A stretch of 64,000 bases of DNA from an uncultured delta proteobacterium (GCA_963840855.1 CAWJBB010000010.1:1-64000); one strand, 5' to 3'; positions 41,981 through 52,906 are shown, counted from the stretch's first letter. A program made the numbers and translations. The notes: generated from the letters alone by a model not told the origin.

Positions 41981-42079
41981 CAAAATGAAAAGAAAGTGCA
42001 AAATGAAAATTTCCGCCCCGCCCCAACTTCGGCAATGACCCGTCCGGTAATTTTGCATTTTTCAATTTGCATTTTGCAC
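41981..42079. repeat. Heptad-periodic inverted repeat
   Basis: CAAAATGAAAAG..TGCAAAATGAAAAT opposite ATTTTGCATTTTTCAATTTGCATTTTGCA. Confidence 0.7.
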
Positions 42080-42093
42080 TGAAAGCTCCTCCC

Positions 42094-43579
42094 ATGCTCA
42101 CCCTCGATGAGATCGTCGCCAAACTGAAAGAGATCGTTGGCCCGCGCTTTGTTTCGACGAACTCTATAGACAAGATCAACTACCAGCACTCGCTTGCCTA
42201 CGGCGCTTATCGGGCATTGCCGGATGTCATCGTTCGCGTGGACTCTGACGCCCAAGGTAATCATTCGGTTGCCAAGATTCTCAAGTTCGCCAACGAGCAC
42301 AAACTTCCTATCGTTGCCAAAGGCGGCGTCGGCATGGGCATCAGCTCGCCGCTCCAAGGGCGGAGTTCTGCTCGACATGCTCGGCATGGACAAAATTCTC
42401 GAAGTCAATCCGACGATGCAGTATGTCATCGCCGAGGGCGGCACGAGCGTTTACGCGATTCATCACGCGCTGCGCCAACATGGGTTGATGCTGCCCAATT
42501 TCGGCACCTACGGTCCGGCGGTGGTGATCGGCGCGATGATCAACAAGGGCGGCATCGGTTACGGCATGACCCGCTACGGCTGGATCGCCGACATGGTGCT
42601 CGGCCTGGAGGTGATTCTCGCTGACGGAGAGACGATTCGGCTGGGCGCCCTCGCCAACCAAGGAACCACCTTCGGGCCGTTTCAAAAATGGATTCATCTG
42701 CCGGATCTTCTCGGCCTGTTCACCCTGGCCGCCGGCTCGCTGGGGATTATCAGCAAAGTGTGCCTGCGCGCCATCGAGGGACGGCGCGAGTGGCTGCATG
42801 ACTATTGTTACACGTTTCGCCGCGATCAGTTGCAGAGCGCGCAGGAGTCATTGATGCAGCTCGTGCGCGGCGAGGTGGTCTACGACATACATTTCACCGA
42901 CCGCTGGCAATATCACTGGCCGATGGAGGATGGACTGTACGACAAGAGCAAGGTCCCGGACGACGGCTGGTTTTTTCTCAAAACCATGCTGATGGCGCGC
43001 GCTGAAGACGAGCTGGCATTCAAGGAAAAGCGCATGCGGCGCATCTATCATGACGCAGGCGGCGTGGACGTGCCGGAGATCGCCGAAAAATCCATGGGCG
43101 CCAGGGCGCAAGAAAATGGACTGCATGGCTGGCCGGACTGGCATATCATGGGTCCCGATGGCTGGTGCGGCTCGGTGGTGCGCCATAGCGGCATGTTCGC
43201 CGTGACTTCGAAAATGTACCCGCTGACCTTCTTGAAGGAAATGTACGACCTGGATGAAGCGGCCAAGAAGGAGTCCGGTCTTTGGGATGCCGAGCATTCA
43301 CCCCAGCATGACAGCTACGTTACCCGGGATCTGGCAATCAAAGAAGAATATTTCGTTTTCTATAATCCCTACGACGACGAAGACGTCGGCAAACTGCGCA
43401 AATGGATGGGCCTGGTGCAACAATTCAGCAACGAGCGGGGCGTGGTCTGGACGGCGCCGACGCTCAGCACCAAGGGGCCGCTGCCGTATCAACGATTGGG
43501 CAGCCTCTACGATGTCGTCAAGGAGATCAAACAACTGGTGGATCCGAACAATATCTTGAACCCCGGGGCGCTCTATTGA
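42094..43579 (+). CDS. FAD-linked oxidase (GlcD/VAO family; frameshift near 42355)
   Basis: FAD_binding_4-like N-terminus, VLGLEVILADG, GSLGII, C-terminal DPNNILNPG. Confidence 0.85.
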
Positions 43580-43583
43580 GATG

Positions 43584-43612
43584 GTTCAAAGTTCAATGTT
43601 CAAAGTTCAACG
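43584..43612. repeat. GTTCAAN heptad tandem repeat
   Basis: GTTCAAAGTTCAATGTTCAAAGTTCAAC. Confidence 0.7.
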
Positions 43613-43667
43613 AGGGTCATTGAAGCAAACATCGAGCATGAGAGCCTAGAATGAAGAGGAGAAGATT

Positions 43668-44465
43668 ATGGCTGGATTAGGAAGGCAGGATTTTTCGGGA
43701 AAAAAGCTTTCGCCGGCGGAGGCGGACGCGGTCATCGCCGATCTGAAATCGTATCTCATGGACATCGCCGACCGTTGGCTTCTCAAGGGCCGTTTTCATA
43801 GCGACATGGGCAATGGCACGCTGCCGATGGAAGCGATCAAAGTTTTCTGGCAAAACTGGCATGGCTTCGTCGCTGAGATCAATAATTTCCATGGTGTTGC
43901 CTACCAGCGCCACCTGCCCTTTTTCAAACGCCATCCGGATTTGCAAAAACACTTCGCGGCCCATGTAGCCGATGAGATGATTCACCCCACGCCGCCGGGG
44001 CATATCCAGATCGTGCTCGAACAGGGCCGCAACTTCGGACTCACCGACAAGGAGATGATCGAGTATGAGATGCTCGCCGAGTGCCGCGCCTTTCTGGAAT
44101 ATTACCGCGGCGTGCTTTACGAAGGCACGATGGTCGAGTGGTGGGCGTCGTTCTGCGTGGAGGAAGCCGTCGGCCACTGGGCGCGGTTTTTCGGCGGCGC
44201 GCTCAGAAAAAATTACCAGCTGCCGGAAGATAAGATCGTTTACTTCCGCGTCCATGCCAAAGCGGATCTCGAAGAACATGACGGCGTGATGGCCCACGCG
44301 GATTTAGACTGGACGGTGCTGAAGAAAATGCTCGAAGAAGGAAAAGCGGAAACCCGTCCGGGTTTCAACCTGGAGTATTGCCTGCGCATGGGCACCGCCT
44401 ACTTCGCATGGTTTTTCGAGGGCGTTTACCAGTTCATCAAAAAGGAAGGACTTTACCGGGCGTAG
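43668..44465 (+). CDS. TenA/PqqC/CADD-like heme-oxygenase-fold (putative diiron) protein
   Basis: Candidate metal ligands ADE..H, VEE and YFRVHAKADLEEH; apparently all-helical. Confidence 0.75.
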   Translation: MAGLGRQDFSGKKLSPAEADAVIADLKSYLMDIADRWLLKGRFHSDMGNGTLPMEAIKVFWQNWHGFVAEINNFHGVAYQRHLPFFKRHPDLQKHFAAHVADEMIHPTPPGHIQIVLEQGRNFGLTDKEMIEYEMLAECRAFLEYYRGVLYEGTMVEWWASFCVEEAVGHWARFFGGALRKNYQLPEDKIVYFRVHAKADLEEHDGVMAHADLDWTVLKKMLEEGKAETRPGFNLEYCLRMGTAYFAWFFEGVYQFIKKEGLYRA

Positions 44466-44467
44466 TC

Positions 44468-45500
44468 ATGACTCAGGAATCCAGCGCCCAACAGGAATTG
44501 TCACCCCGTTCGCTGATGCGCATTCTCGGCGACTTTGCCAACAGCCAGATCCTTGACGCTGCAATCGAGTACGATTTCTTCACCATCATCGACAAAGGGT
44601 TTCAGACTTCAGAAGAAATCGCCCGCGAAGCCGGCACAGATCGGCGTGCCACACGGATCGTGCTCGACAGCCTGCCGGCATTGTCTCTGGTCGAAAAACG
44701 CGGCGGCAAGTATTTACTTACACCGACGGCGAAAACGTTTCTGGTGCGCGGCAAGCCGTCTTACGTCGGCGATTTTCGCCATGTCGCGCTGGCGCTCTGG
44801 GACGGCATGGCGCATCTTAAGGAGTCTCTTAAAACCGGCAGGCCGCTCAGCCGTATGGATACCGTCGGGGAGTTGCAAGTATGGGAAAAGCTCGTGCTCG
44901 GCATTATCGTCGTCGCCGAGCCGGCAGCGAAGGCGCTATGCGATTTGCTGAAAATCGGCACGGAGCGGACCGGCATCAAGGTTCTCGACATCGCCGGCGG
45001 TTCGAGCATCTTCGGTATGACCATTCTGGCACGGGACGCATCGGCACAGGTGACGCAACTCGATTGGCCCAATGTCAATGCCGTGGCGAAGAAACTAAAC
45101 AAAGAGCGCGGCCTTGAAGGCAAGATTCGCTTCATCGACGGCGAGCACCAAACGGCGTCCATCGAAACCAATCAATACGATCTGGTGTTTGGCCAGCAAT
45201 TTTTGCCGCTTCGAATCGCCCAAGGGCAACCAGGAATTATTCGCCAAGGCTTTCAGCGCCCTAAAGCGGGGTGGAATCTTCGCCGTCAATGACTTCGTCC
45301 CTAACGAAGAACGCACCGAGCCGACTTTCGCATTACGCTTTTCCGTTTACACACTGACGCACACGCCGGAGGGCGAGTGCTGGACACTGTCGCAATATTC
45401 TGACTGGCTGAATAACGCCGGCTTCAAGGCTATCGAAACCCACGGCGATATCCCCAAGACTCTGCCCGGGACGACGCTGATTCTCGCGACGAAGATTTAA
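44468..45500 (+). CDS. SAM-dependent O-methyltransferase with dimerisation domain (frameshift near 45195)
   Basis: N-terminal wHTH, VLDIAGGS, LDWPNV, WLNNAGF. Confidence 0.88.
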
Positions 45501-45587
45501 GAGCCGATTTAACCGCAAAGTACATAGAAGGGCGCAAAGAAAGACCGCGCGCCGCACATGTTTTCCGGGATGGCCTCCGCGTTTCTC

Positions 45588-45989
45588 TTACGGGAATTGC
45601 ACGATCGAAAGCGGAAAGTGTTTCGAAATTACTGTAAAATCAGAGTCCTTGTGAAGTAAATCGACATCGGCTTTGATGGCAAGCGTCGCTATCAGGCAAT
45701 CCGTGGGGCTTTCGAGCGTAATTCCTTTCTTCCTTAGTGCCCGGTACATGTCGGCTGCCGCGAGATAATCGGAAAATTCGGTCTCGATGCGAGGAAATAG
45801 CAAGAGGTATGCAGAGAGACTTCGATATTGCGCATCATCACGGACTCCCTGGAGAATTTCCTGGATGATGATTCCGGCGACATAAATATTTTCCCTCTGA
45901 CTGAGACTCTCTTTCAAGAAAAGGTTTTCATGGGACGAAACGCCGCGCAGAAAATCGATCCATACCGAAGTGTCAATCAGCAGACGCAA
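45588..45989 (-). CDS. vapC: VapC PIN-domain toxin
   Basis: LIDTSVWI, QEILQG, DCLIA, HKDSDF. Confidence 0.92.
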   Translation of the reverse strand: MRLLIDTSVWIDFLRGVSSHENLFLKESLSQRENIYVAGIIIQEILQGVRDDAQYRSLSAYLLLFPRIETEFSDYLAAADMYRALRKKGITLESPTDCLIATLAIKADVDLLHKDSDFTVISKHFPLSIVQFP

Positions 45990-46185
45990 ATCGGGCTTTC
46001 CTCATTTGCTTCAAGTTCCCTTCCCATTTGATCTTGCCTTCAAGCGTTAGAATGTCTTTCGCCTTCTCGCGGCGGATGAGTTCACTCAAAGCGAAGTGCA
46101 CCAGTTCCTTCTTGGTTTTCTTCTTGAACAACCGCAGCCCTTCCTTTACCAATTTTTCATCTAGCTCAATATTGGTTCTGTGCAT
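45973..46185 (-). CDS. vapB: VapB antitoxin
   Basis: RTNIELDEKLV..TKKELV..WEGNLKQMR; overlaps vapC. Confidence 0.9.
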   Translation of the reverse strand: MHRTNIELDEKLVKEGLRLFKKKTKKELVHFALSELIRREKAKDILTLEGKIKWEGNLKQMRKARFASAD

Positions 46186-46313
46186 AAAAAACCTCCAAAC
46201 CTATACACAAATATACAAGAATCCGGTGTATTCGCAATGCCGCACGATGGGTTAAAGCTTCGCCGCCGATTTTTGTCTTCCGTGTGGGGCGCGGCAGCTC
46301 TATACGACCGGTG

Positions 46314-47397
46314 CTACCGGGTCTTTCTGATGAGCGTGTCGATGTAAAGCCTGTCGAATTTTTCTTCCGCCGCCGGGTCATAGGTTCCCGGAGAATCGAC
46401 GACAAATTTCTTTTGCGCGCGGGCCTCCTTCATTCTTTGTCCCAGCGTCTTGTCTGCCAGCTCCACGTCTTCACGCACTGGAACATTATTTTCCTTCGCC
46501 AGCAGTGCCTGTCCCTCTTTTGAAATAATGAAATCGTAAAACAGCGTGGCGGCGTGAGGATGGGGCGATTGGCTCGGCACGGCGACGGAGGTTAGCGACA
46601 ACAGGGTCGGGTCCAACATGGCATACTCCAGCGGAGCGCCCTGCCGCTGCATGTCGAGGATATTGTCGGCATTGATGTCGAGACTGCCGAGCACTTCGCC
46701 GGCCAGTATCAATTGCATGCGCGCGGTCCGCCCACGGTGAATTTTCAGATCTTGCTGGCCCAATTTTTGATGATATTCCTTCCCCTTGTCCCATCCCATG
46801 CGTTCCACCACTAGCGCCGTAAAACGCCCCGGATTCGTATCCACGGCGAGCTTCCCTTTCCAGAACGGGTCCAAGAGATCCGTAAAAACTTTGGGCACTT
46901 TGTCTTTCGGCACGCGTTGCGAGTGATAGGCGAAGATCGCCACGGAGATACGAGTCGCGGTCCAAAAGCCTTCCTTGTCTCTGTATTCCTCCGGTATCGA
47001 GGCCCGCTCCTGCGAGAGATAGCGCGCCAGCATGTGATTTGTTTCCCTTGACCATGGGACCCAGAGTGGAATGACCCGCCCAATACACGTCGACGATTCT
47101 TTTTTGGCCCTTGAACTCCAGATGGGCGACGTCGAAAAGCTGGCTACCGCCTTTTCTCATGTAGCGGGTGTTGACGAAAGGATATTTGCCGGCGAAGTGT
47201 TTGGTGACGGCGCGCACCTCTTCCAAGCCCGAAGAACTATAAAGCATGAGTTCGCCTTCTTGCTTTGCCCCCGCCGCGAGCTTTTTTTGCCGTTCCGCCG
47301 GAGACAGTTTGTTAAGCTCGGCGAAAAACTGCTCCATGTTCGCCCGGCCCGGGCTGGGTGTCAGTAGTAGAATGAAGAGCAGCGTGAGAAAGCGCAT
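46314..47397 (-). CDS. ABC substrate-binding protein (iron/AfuA-like; frameshift near 47040)
   Basis: Signal peptide, AKQEGELMLYSS, DLLDPFWKGK, PHPHAATLF. Confidence 0.8.
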
Positions 47398-47507
47398 GAG
47401 ACCTCCAGTAAGGGGTTCAAGATTCAAAGTAAGACTTCCGGAGTGTGAAAATATGGTCTTGCCCAAACCTAAGGAAAACCGCCTCATCCGTCAACAGGGG
47501 GCAAACA

Positions 47508-47575
47508 GGCGTTCAAAACGTTCAAGTTGTTCAAGCCGTTCAAAACGTTTCGAACTCTTTGAACGATTTGTTCGG
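47508..47575. repeat. GTTCAA nonamer-periodic palindromic repeat
   Basis: GTTCAAAACGTTCAAGTTGTTCAAGCCGTTCAAAACG..TCGAAC..TTGAAC. Confidence 0.7.
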
Positions 47576-47582
47576 TTGCTGA

Positions 47583-49292
47583 CTACTGCCCCGCGGCGCC
47601 GAGACCGAAACGCAGGCTGATGCGGCGAAAGGCCAGCGTCAGGAGTGTTATCACGCTGATCGTCACACAGCCCAGGGCCGCTACCTCGGCGTAACGACCC
47701 GATTCAAACAGGTCGTAGATCAACAACGGCACCAGCTCCGATCCGGCATGGCCCAAAAGGACTGGCAATGACAGCGCCTTGAACGTAATCGTCAGAGTCG
47801 AAACAAAGCTCACAAACAGGCCGGGAACGAGCAGCGGCAGAACCACGCGGCGAAAAGTCTTGAGAAAACCCGCGCCGCAAACTTCCGAGGCCTCCTCCAG
47901 TTCTTTGCGAATCTGCGTCATCACCGCACTGCAAATCCGAACCGAAGTCGGCAGGCGCTTGGTCAGGTAGGCGAGGATTAGAATCCACAGGGTGCCGTAA
48001 ACGGGGATCGGCACGGTTAGATAGAACCATATCAAAGCCAAGCCTAGAACCATGCTGGGGTAAGCGGTGGCGGAGAACGCCAGGCCGTCGAGCAAACGAC
48101 GCCCGGGAATCTCGGTGCGGATCACGATCCACGCAATGACCGCGGCGAAGAGCGTGACCAGGAACGCCGCCGATACGCCAACCAGCATATTGTTGAAGAA
48201 TGCCGACAGGATCAAATCATCGTTCATCAGCCAGCGGTAGTTTTTGAACGTCAGCAAGCTGACCAGGCTCCACGAGGGTTGCGCGTACCAGGGCAAGAGG
48301 GAGGTCCACGCCAGCACCGAGAGGGGCATATAGACGGTCAGCGTGATCAATCCCAACGCACCCAGCGCGGCGGGAAGACGCCACTTGCCGAGCCGCGTAA
48401 CGCTGGGCCGAAATCCCTTGCCCGTGATGACGGCGAAATTTTCCGACATGCGTGTGCTTTTGAAGTAGAGATACAGCCCACCCAGCGCGACTAGAAGATA
48501 AAACATGGAGACGGTTGCCGCCAAATTGAAATCCGTCGGCGGCCTGCGCACCATCAGGAGAATCTCCGTGGATAAAACATAGATCCCAGAGGGAATGCCC
48601 AGCAGGGCGGGAATCTCGAAATCCTCGATGCCGCGGATGAAGATCAGCAGGGAGACGCCGAGCGCAGCCGGCAGCATCAGGCGCAGGGTGATGGTGAAAA
48701 ACGTTCTCAGATTTCCCGCGCCAGCGCTCACCGATGCTTCCTCTAGAGCCGGATCCATGGAGCGAAAAGCCGCCGCCATGAAGAGAAACGGAGTGTAAAA
48801 GTCATCGATCCCTGAAACGAAAATCATGCCCCACATGTTATAAGGATTGAAAGGCGGCTCGGCGAGACCAAAAAGGCTCATGAGCCAAACGTTGATCAGT
48901 CCTGCCCTGGGCGCGAGCAGGAGTATCCAGGAGATCGTGAATAAGACTCCCGGGATCATCATGGCGCCGAGCACCGAACCGTAAATCAACCCCTTGAGCG
49001 GTAGATCGGTGCGTTCGGTGAGCCACGCCATGAAGGTGCCAAGGGTAAACGAAACCATACCGGCACCAACCGAATAGGTGACGGCATTGCCAATGGCGCG
49101 ATAGAGGGAGGGTTGGGAAAAGGCGCGGAAGTAATTTTCCAGCGTTACCGGAGTCCAGGTGCCGGGCAGCCCCTTTTGAAAACTGCCCAAAACCATCACC
49201 CCCAGCGGAATTACGGTCAGGTAAATGACGATCAAGATGATCGAAGCGATAAAGAGCCGATCAGCTACAAAGAGCGCGCGAAGATTGCTCAT
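47583..49292 (-). CDS. Iron ABC transporter permease (FbpB-like, duplicated domain)
   Basis: Two EAA motifs: LEEASVSAGA and LEEASEVCGA. Confidence 0.88.
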   Translation of the reverse strand: MSNLRALFVADRLFIASIILIVIYLTVIPLGVMVLGSFQKGLPGTWTPVTLENYFRAFSQPSLYRAIGNAVTYSVGAGMVSFTLGTFMAWLTERTDLPLKGLIYGSVLGAMMIPGVLFTISWILLLAPRAGLINVWLMSLFGLAEPPFNPYNMWGMIFVSGIDDFYTPFLFMAAAFRSMDPALEEASVSAGAGNLRTFFTITLRLMLPAALGVSLLIFIRGIEDFEIPALLGIPSGIYVLSTEILLMVRRPPTDFNLAATVSMFYLLVALGGLYLYFKSTRMSENFAVITGKGFRPSVTRLGKWRLPAALGALGLITLTVYMPLSVLAWTSLLPWYAQPSWSLVSLLTFKNYRWLMNDDLILSAFFNNMLVGVSAAFLVTLFAAVIAWIVIRTEIPGRRLLDGLAFSATAYPSMVLGLALIWFYLTVPIPVYGTLWILILAYLTKRLPTSVRICSAVMTQIRKELEEASEVCGAGFLKTFRRVVLPLLVPGLFVSFVSTLTITFKALSLPVLLGHAGSELVPLLIYDLFESGRYAEVAALGCVTISVITLLTLAFRRISLRFGLGAAGQ

Positions 49293-49308
49293 GGCCAATG
49301 GGTCTACC

Positions 49309-49441
49309 GGTTCAAAGTTCAACGTTCAACGTGGCGCCTTCGGCGCGGTTCAAGGTTCCGGGTTCAAAGTTTAACGACCCATCCCCACCTTGAACCTTGA
49401 ACCTTGAACGTTGAACGGGAGAAGCCATTGAACGTTGAACC
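49309..49441. repeat. GTTCAAN/NTTGAAC heptad inverted repeat array
   Basis: GTTCAAAGTTCAACGTTCAAC... opposite TTGAACCTTGAACCTTGAACGTTGAAC. Confidence 0.8.
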
Positions 49442-49471
49442 GCACACGCGCAGCCGCAGTGTGGACGCCGA

Positions 49472-50701
49472 TCAAAGAATTTCGGGAAAATTGAAAAGTC
49501 GCTTGCCCAACCGTCGCGCGCCATCTTTGGTGATCACTACCGTGTCGCCGCAGCGGATGGAATCGGGCGCGTCGCCGGGCATGGCGCCGGGCTTGAGCAC
49601 GAAGACATTGCCTTCCAGCAACGGCAGATCCAAGTGCTTGGTGTAGGTGGCGGAACTATAGATATCACCATCGACTTCGCCGGTGACCTGCGGCCGGTCC
49701 TCGCCGATGCCGCGGCCATGGAGCAGCATGCCCTTGGGTGTGTGGCCCGACTCGCGCACGAGTTTGCGGTACAGCGCCACGACCTCTCTAAATGACACGC
49801 CGGGCTTCATGAATTTCACCAGCGCATCAAACACTTCGACGCTGGCGGCGAAGGCGCGTTTTAACTCCGGCGCAATTTTTCCGAGAGCGGCTGCCTGCAC
49901 AGTCTGCGCGATATAGCCGCCGTACTTGGCTTCCAGTTCCGTGTTGATCATGTCGCCGCTTTGCAGCCGGCGATGCGGCGCGATGCGGCAGGCCCAGGGG
50001 ACGCCGGCGCCCGCGCCCCAGTGGGTCATCGAAGGGTAGTCACCGCCGTTGGCGATGATCGTCTGCCAGATGGCCGCGACCATCTCGTTCTCCATGACTC
50101 CGGGTCTGGCTTTTGCCAGAATCGACTCGACGACCTTGTCAAGAATCTCCGCGGCTCGCTCCATCCAGGCGACCTCCTCCGGCCCTTTCACCGAGCGGGC
50201 GTCTTGAAGCAGCTCCGTGGCGTTCTCAAACTTTGCCTTGGGAAGCGCTTCCTTTATTTTTTCGAGGATGCCGGCGACCACGGTTCCTTCGGGCGCGCGT
50301 AACAAGCCGCTCAAGCCGGCAACGCCGATGCGCGCCGTATCCAGCTGCAATTCCTTCAGGCGCGCAATCACCGGCGGACTCCATGCCCGGCGCGACGTAC
50401 GGATGTCCGTGACCCAATCCTGAGCGATGTTCCACCATTCCACTTCATTGCCGCCGCGCACGAAGGCCGTGACGTCGCCGGACAACGGAAAGACAACCGC
50501 CACTTCCGTTTGGTGCCCGCCGATGTGCGTGAGGTAGCGAATGTCCGCTTGAAATTGATCCCAGTGGCTCTGATTGGGAAAACCGATGATCGCGTCGAAT
50601 TCTGCTTCGCGCATACGCTGGCGCACACGGCCCCAACGCCGTTCGCGTTCCCCTTGGCTGAATTTCGGCAAACCAAAGCCTCTTTCGCCGCTGTTGATCA
50701 T
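49472..50701 (-). CDS. M24 (Xaa-Pro peptidase/creatinase) family protein
   Basis: Creatinase-like N-domain, RSVKGPEE, HGRG, DTVVIT. Confidence 0.85.
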   Translation of the reverse strand: MINSGERGFGLPKFSQGERERRWGRVRQRMREAEFDAIIGFPNQSHWDQFQADIRYLTHIGGHQTEVAVVFPLSGDVTAFVRGGNEVEWWNIAQDWVTDIRTSRRAWSPPVIARLKELQLDTARIGVAGLSGLLRAPEGTVVAGILEKIKEALPKAKFENATELLQDARSVKGPEEVAWMERAAEILDKVVESILAKARPGVMENEMVAAIWQTIIANGGDYPSMTHWGAGAGVPWACRIAPHRRLQSGDMINTELEAKYGGYIAQTVQAAALGKIAPELKRAFAASVEVFDALVKFMKPGVSFREVVALYRKLVRESGHTPKGMLLHGRGIGEDRPQVTGEVDGDIYSSATYTKHLDLPLLEGNVFVLKPGAMPGDAPDSIRCGDTVVITKDGARRLGKRLFNFPEIL

Positions 50702-50761
50702 TGTGCCACCGCCATCCTTCGAGAATGGCTAAGCTTATATGAGCTTCGCCGGGTCGCCGCA

Positions 50762-50880
50762 AGTTCGAAAGGGCTCCCGGTTCAAGTTCAAGGTTCAAAG
50801 TTCGAAGGGTTTAATGTTTGGCAGCAGCCGTTATGTGGTATCACATAAAGAACCGCGACACGTTGAACATTGAACGTCGA
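50762..50880. repeat. GTTCAAN heptad inverted repeat array
   Basis: GTTCAAGTTCAAGGTTCAAAGTTCGAA... TTGAACATTGAAC. Confidence 0.7.
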
Positions 50881-51017
50881 GTTCCTTTATCCGGTCGCGC
50901 AGGGCTGGAATATCCGCAACCCTGGTGCTAGACTCCGCCCGTGTTTATCTGCGGCAAGATTGCAGCTTCGGCGACTTTCAGACTCCCGCGCTAGTTCCCT
51001 TCACTGGGGAAAAGGTT

Positions 51018-52406
51018 ATGCAATATCTCGCTATCTGCGACGACGATCTCCTGTTTAACTTCCTGCGCAATGGCACCGCCGAACAGGCCGACCTGTTGTT
51101 CGTCGTCCAGGACAGCGCCGCGGCAAAGAAAATCAAACGTGCCGGGAGAAAAGCTCGCGATGGCGATCTCCTCAAAGAAGAAACGTACAAAAAACTCAAA
51201 TTGCGCCATGTGGATCAAGCAATTGTTTTTCTCAGGGACGTCGAACGGCAAAAGGGCGTCTGTGAGTTATTGCGGGCCCTGGACAAAAACATTCCGATAC
51301 TCGCCTTGACGACAGACAGCGCCGGGCACTCCAGCGATCCGCTGGTTCGTAGAATTCCTCTCCACGATATCTTCGAGGAGTTTTGCAGCACCGCGCTGCT
51401 CGACACGATTAATCGAAAAAAAGTCGAACGAATTCGCTCGCTCTTCCAGGATAAAGAAAAAATTCATATTCTACTGCAGCATGATCCCGACCCCGACGCC
51501 ATCGGCAGCGCGCTGGCGCTTAGGGAACTGCTCGGTAGAAACCGAGCGACCACCCCAATCGTCACCTTCGGCGAGGTTACCCGGCCCGAGAACCTCGCGA
51601 TGATTCACTATCTCGACGTGCAAATCGACCAGATTGAGCCCGATGACCTGCACAAGAACGGCGCAGGCCTGGCTATGGTGGACGTGTCGCCGCCTTATTT
51701 CAGCCAACCGCTGGGGGAAATCGATCTGGTTGTGGACCATCATCCCAAACGAACAGCATTCAAGGCGCACTTCACCGATGTTCGAACCCCTTACGGCGCT
51801 ACCTCCACGATTTTCACCGAGTACCTGCGCGCCATCGGCATGGAGCCTTCGCAAAGATTGGCCACCGCGCTTCTCTACGGGATCAAAGTCGATACGTTGT
51901 TCCTCGAACGCGGCAGCATCCTCGCCGATCTCAGCGCGTTTTCTTACCTCTATCCGCTCGCCAATAAAGCCTTGATCGCGCGCATCGAGAGGCCGGCGTT
52001 GCCGCGCGAAGATCTGGAAGCCCTGGGTCGGGCGCTCAGCCGCTTGCAACTGGATAACGGGGTCGCCGTCATTCACATGGGCGAAGTCAGGCGCGAGGAC
52101 GTTATTCCGCAGATGGCGGAATTTTGCCTGCAGATCGAAGGGGTCGATTGGGGCATTGTGTCGGGGTTGGTCAAGGACCGCGTAGTCATTTCCGTGCGCA
52201 ACGTCGGCCACGTGAAAAGCGCCGGCGACATTATGAAAAGACTCTATGACGACATCGGCAGCGCCGGCGGCCATCGCATGATGGCCAAGGCAGTGGTGCC
52301 GCTGGAACGCTTCAGGAAAAAATTCGGCGAGGTGAGCGAGAAGTCCATCCGCGACGCCATGCTGCCGCTGATCGTCGAACGCGATCAGCAGGCTCAAAAT
52401 GAATGA
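51018..52406 (+). CDS. DHH/DHHA1 phosphoesterase with degenerate TrkA-N-like N-terminal domain
   Basis: HDPDPDAIGS, VDV, VDHH, GATST, GIKVDT, SVR, GGH motifs. Confidence 0.88.
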   Translation: MQYLAICDDDLLFNFLRNGTAEQADLLFVVQDSAAAKKIKRAGRKARDGDLLKEETYKKLKLRHVDQAIVFLRDVERQKGVCELLRALDKNIPILALTTDSAGHSSDPLVRRIPLHDIFEEFCSTALLDTINRKKVERIRSLFQDKEKIHILLQHDPDPDAIGSALALRELLGRNRATTPIVTFGEVTRPENLAMIHYLDVQIDQIEPDDLHKNGAGLAMVDVSPPYFSQPLGEIDLVVDHHPKRTAFKAHFTDVRTPYGATSTIFTEYLRAIGMEPSQRLATALLYGIKVDTLFLERGSILADLSAFSYLYPLANKALIARIERPALPREDLEALGRALSRLQLDNGVAVIHMGEVRREDVIPQMAEFCLQIEGVDWGIVSGLVKDRVVISVRNVGHVKSAGDIMKRLYDDIGSAGGHRMMAKAVVPLERFRKKFGEVSEKSIRDAMLPLIVERDQQAQNE

Positions 52407-52827
52407 GGATCGCGGCACTTTTCGCGAATTCGAGCACACCGCCGACCTGGGTATCGAAAGCACCGCCGCTGATTTGCCGCGGCTGTTTGCCGCCGCGGGC
52501 GAAGGTCTCTTCTCGCTGATCGCTGACCCGGAAAATATCGACCCACGCGACCAGGTCACCGTCTCGGCGGTTGGCGCTGGCCCCGAAGAGCTGCTCCACG
52601 CATGGCTGCGGGAATTGTTGAGCCAATTCAACCTTGACGGGTTCGTCGGCAAGACCTGTGTTATCGAGCGCTTGACGGATGCGCGGGTCGACGGCATCGT
52701 GCACGGCGAGACTTTGGATCTGTCACGGCACCGCTTTCGCACCGAAATCAAGGGCGTGACCTACCATGACTTCAAGGTCTGGCAAGAAAACGGCGCCTGG
52801 CATGCGCGGGTGATTTTTGATGTCTAA
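52399..52827 (+). CDS. Archease (RtcB activator)
   Basis: [13 protein letters not shown] and C-terminal FDV signatures. Confidence 0.95.
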   Translation: MNEDRGTFREFEHTADLGIESTAADLPRLFAAAGEGLFSLIADPENIDPRDQVTVSAVGAGPEELLHAWLRELLSQFNLDGFVGKTCVIERLTDARVDGIVHGETLDLSRHRFRTEIKGVTYHDFKVWQENGAWHARVIFDV

Positions 52828-52831
52828 AGAC

Positions 52832-52906
52832 GGTCCAGAGTCCAGGGTCTGGTGTCTGGGGTTGGAGGGATGGGAACCCAAGACCCTGGACTCCGGGCTC
52901 TGGACC
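52832..52906. repeat. GTCCAGR heptad inverted repeat between archease and rtcB
   Basis: GTCCAGAGTCCAGGGTCTGGTGTCTGG ... CCAAGACCCTGGACTCCGGGCTCTGGAC. Confidence 0.75.

Noticed and set aside
39706-45500. Calling this cluster bchE/bchU or bzaCDE
   Set aside because: No other chlorophyll or cobamide genes are nearby, and family-level similarity is not enough for a specific call.
51471-52751. 426-aa minus-strand ORF
   Set aside because: Antisense to the well-supported DHH and archease genes.
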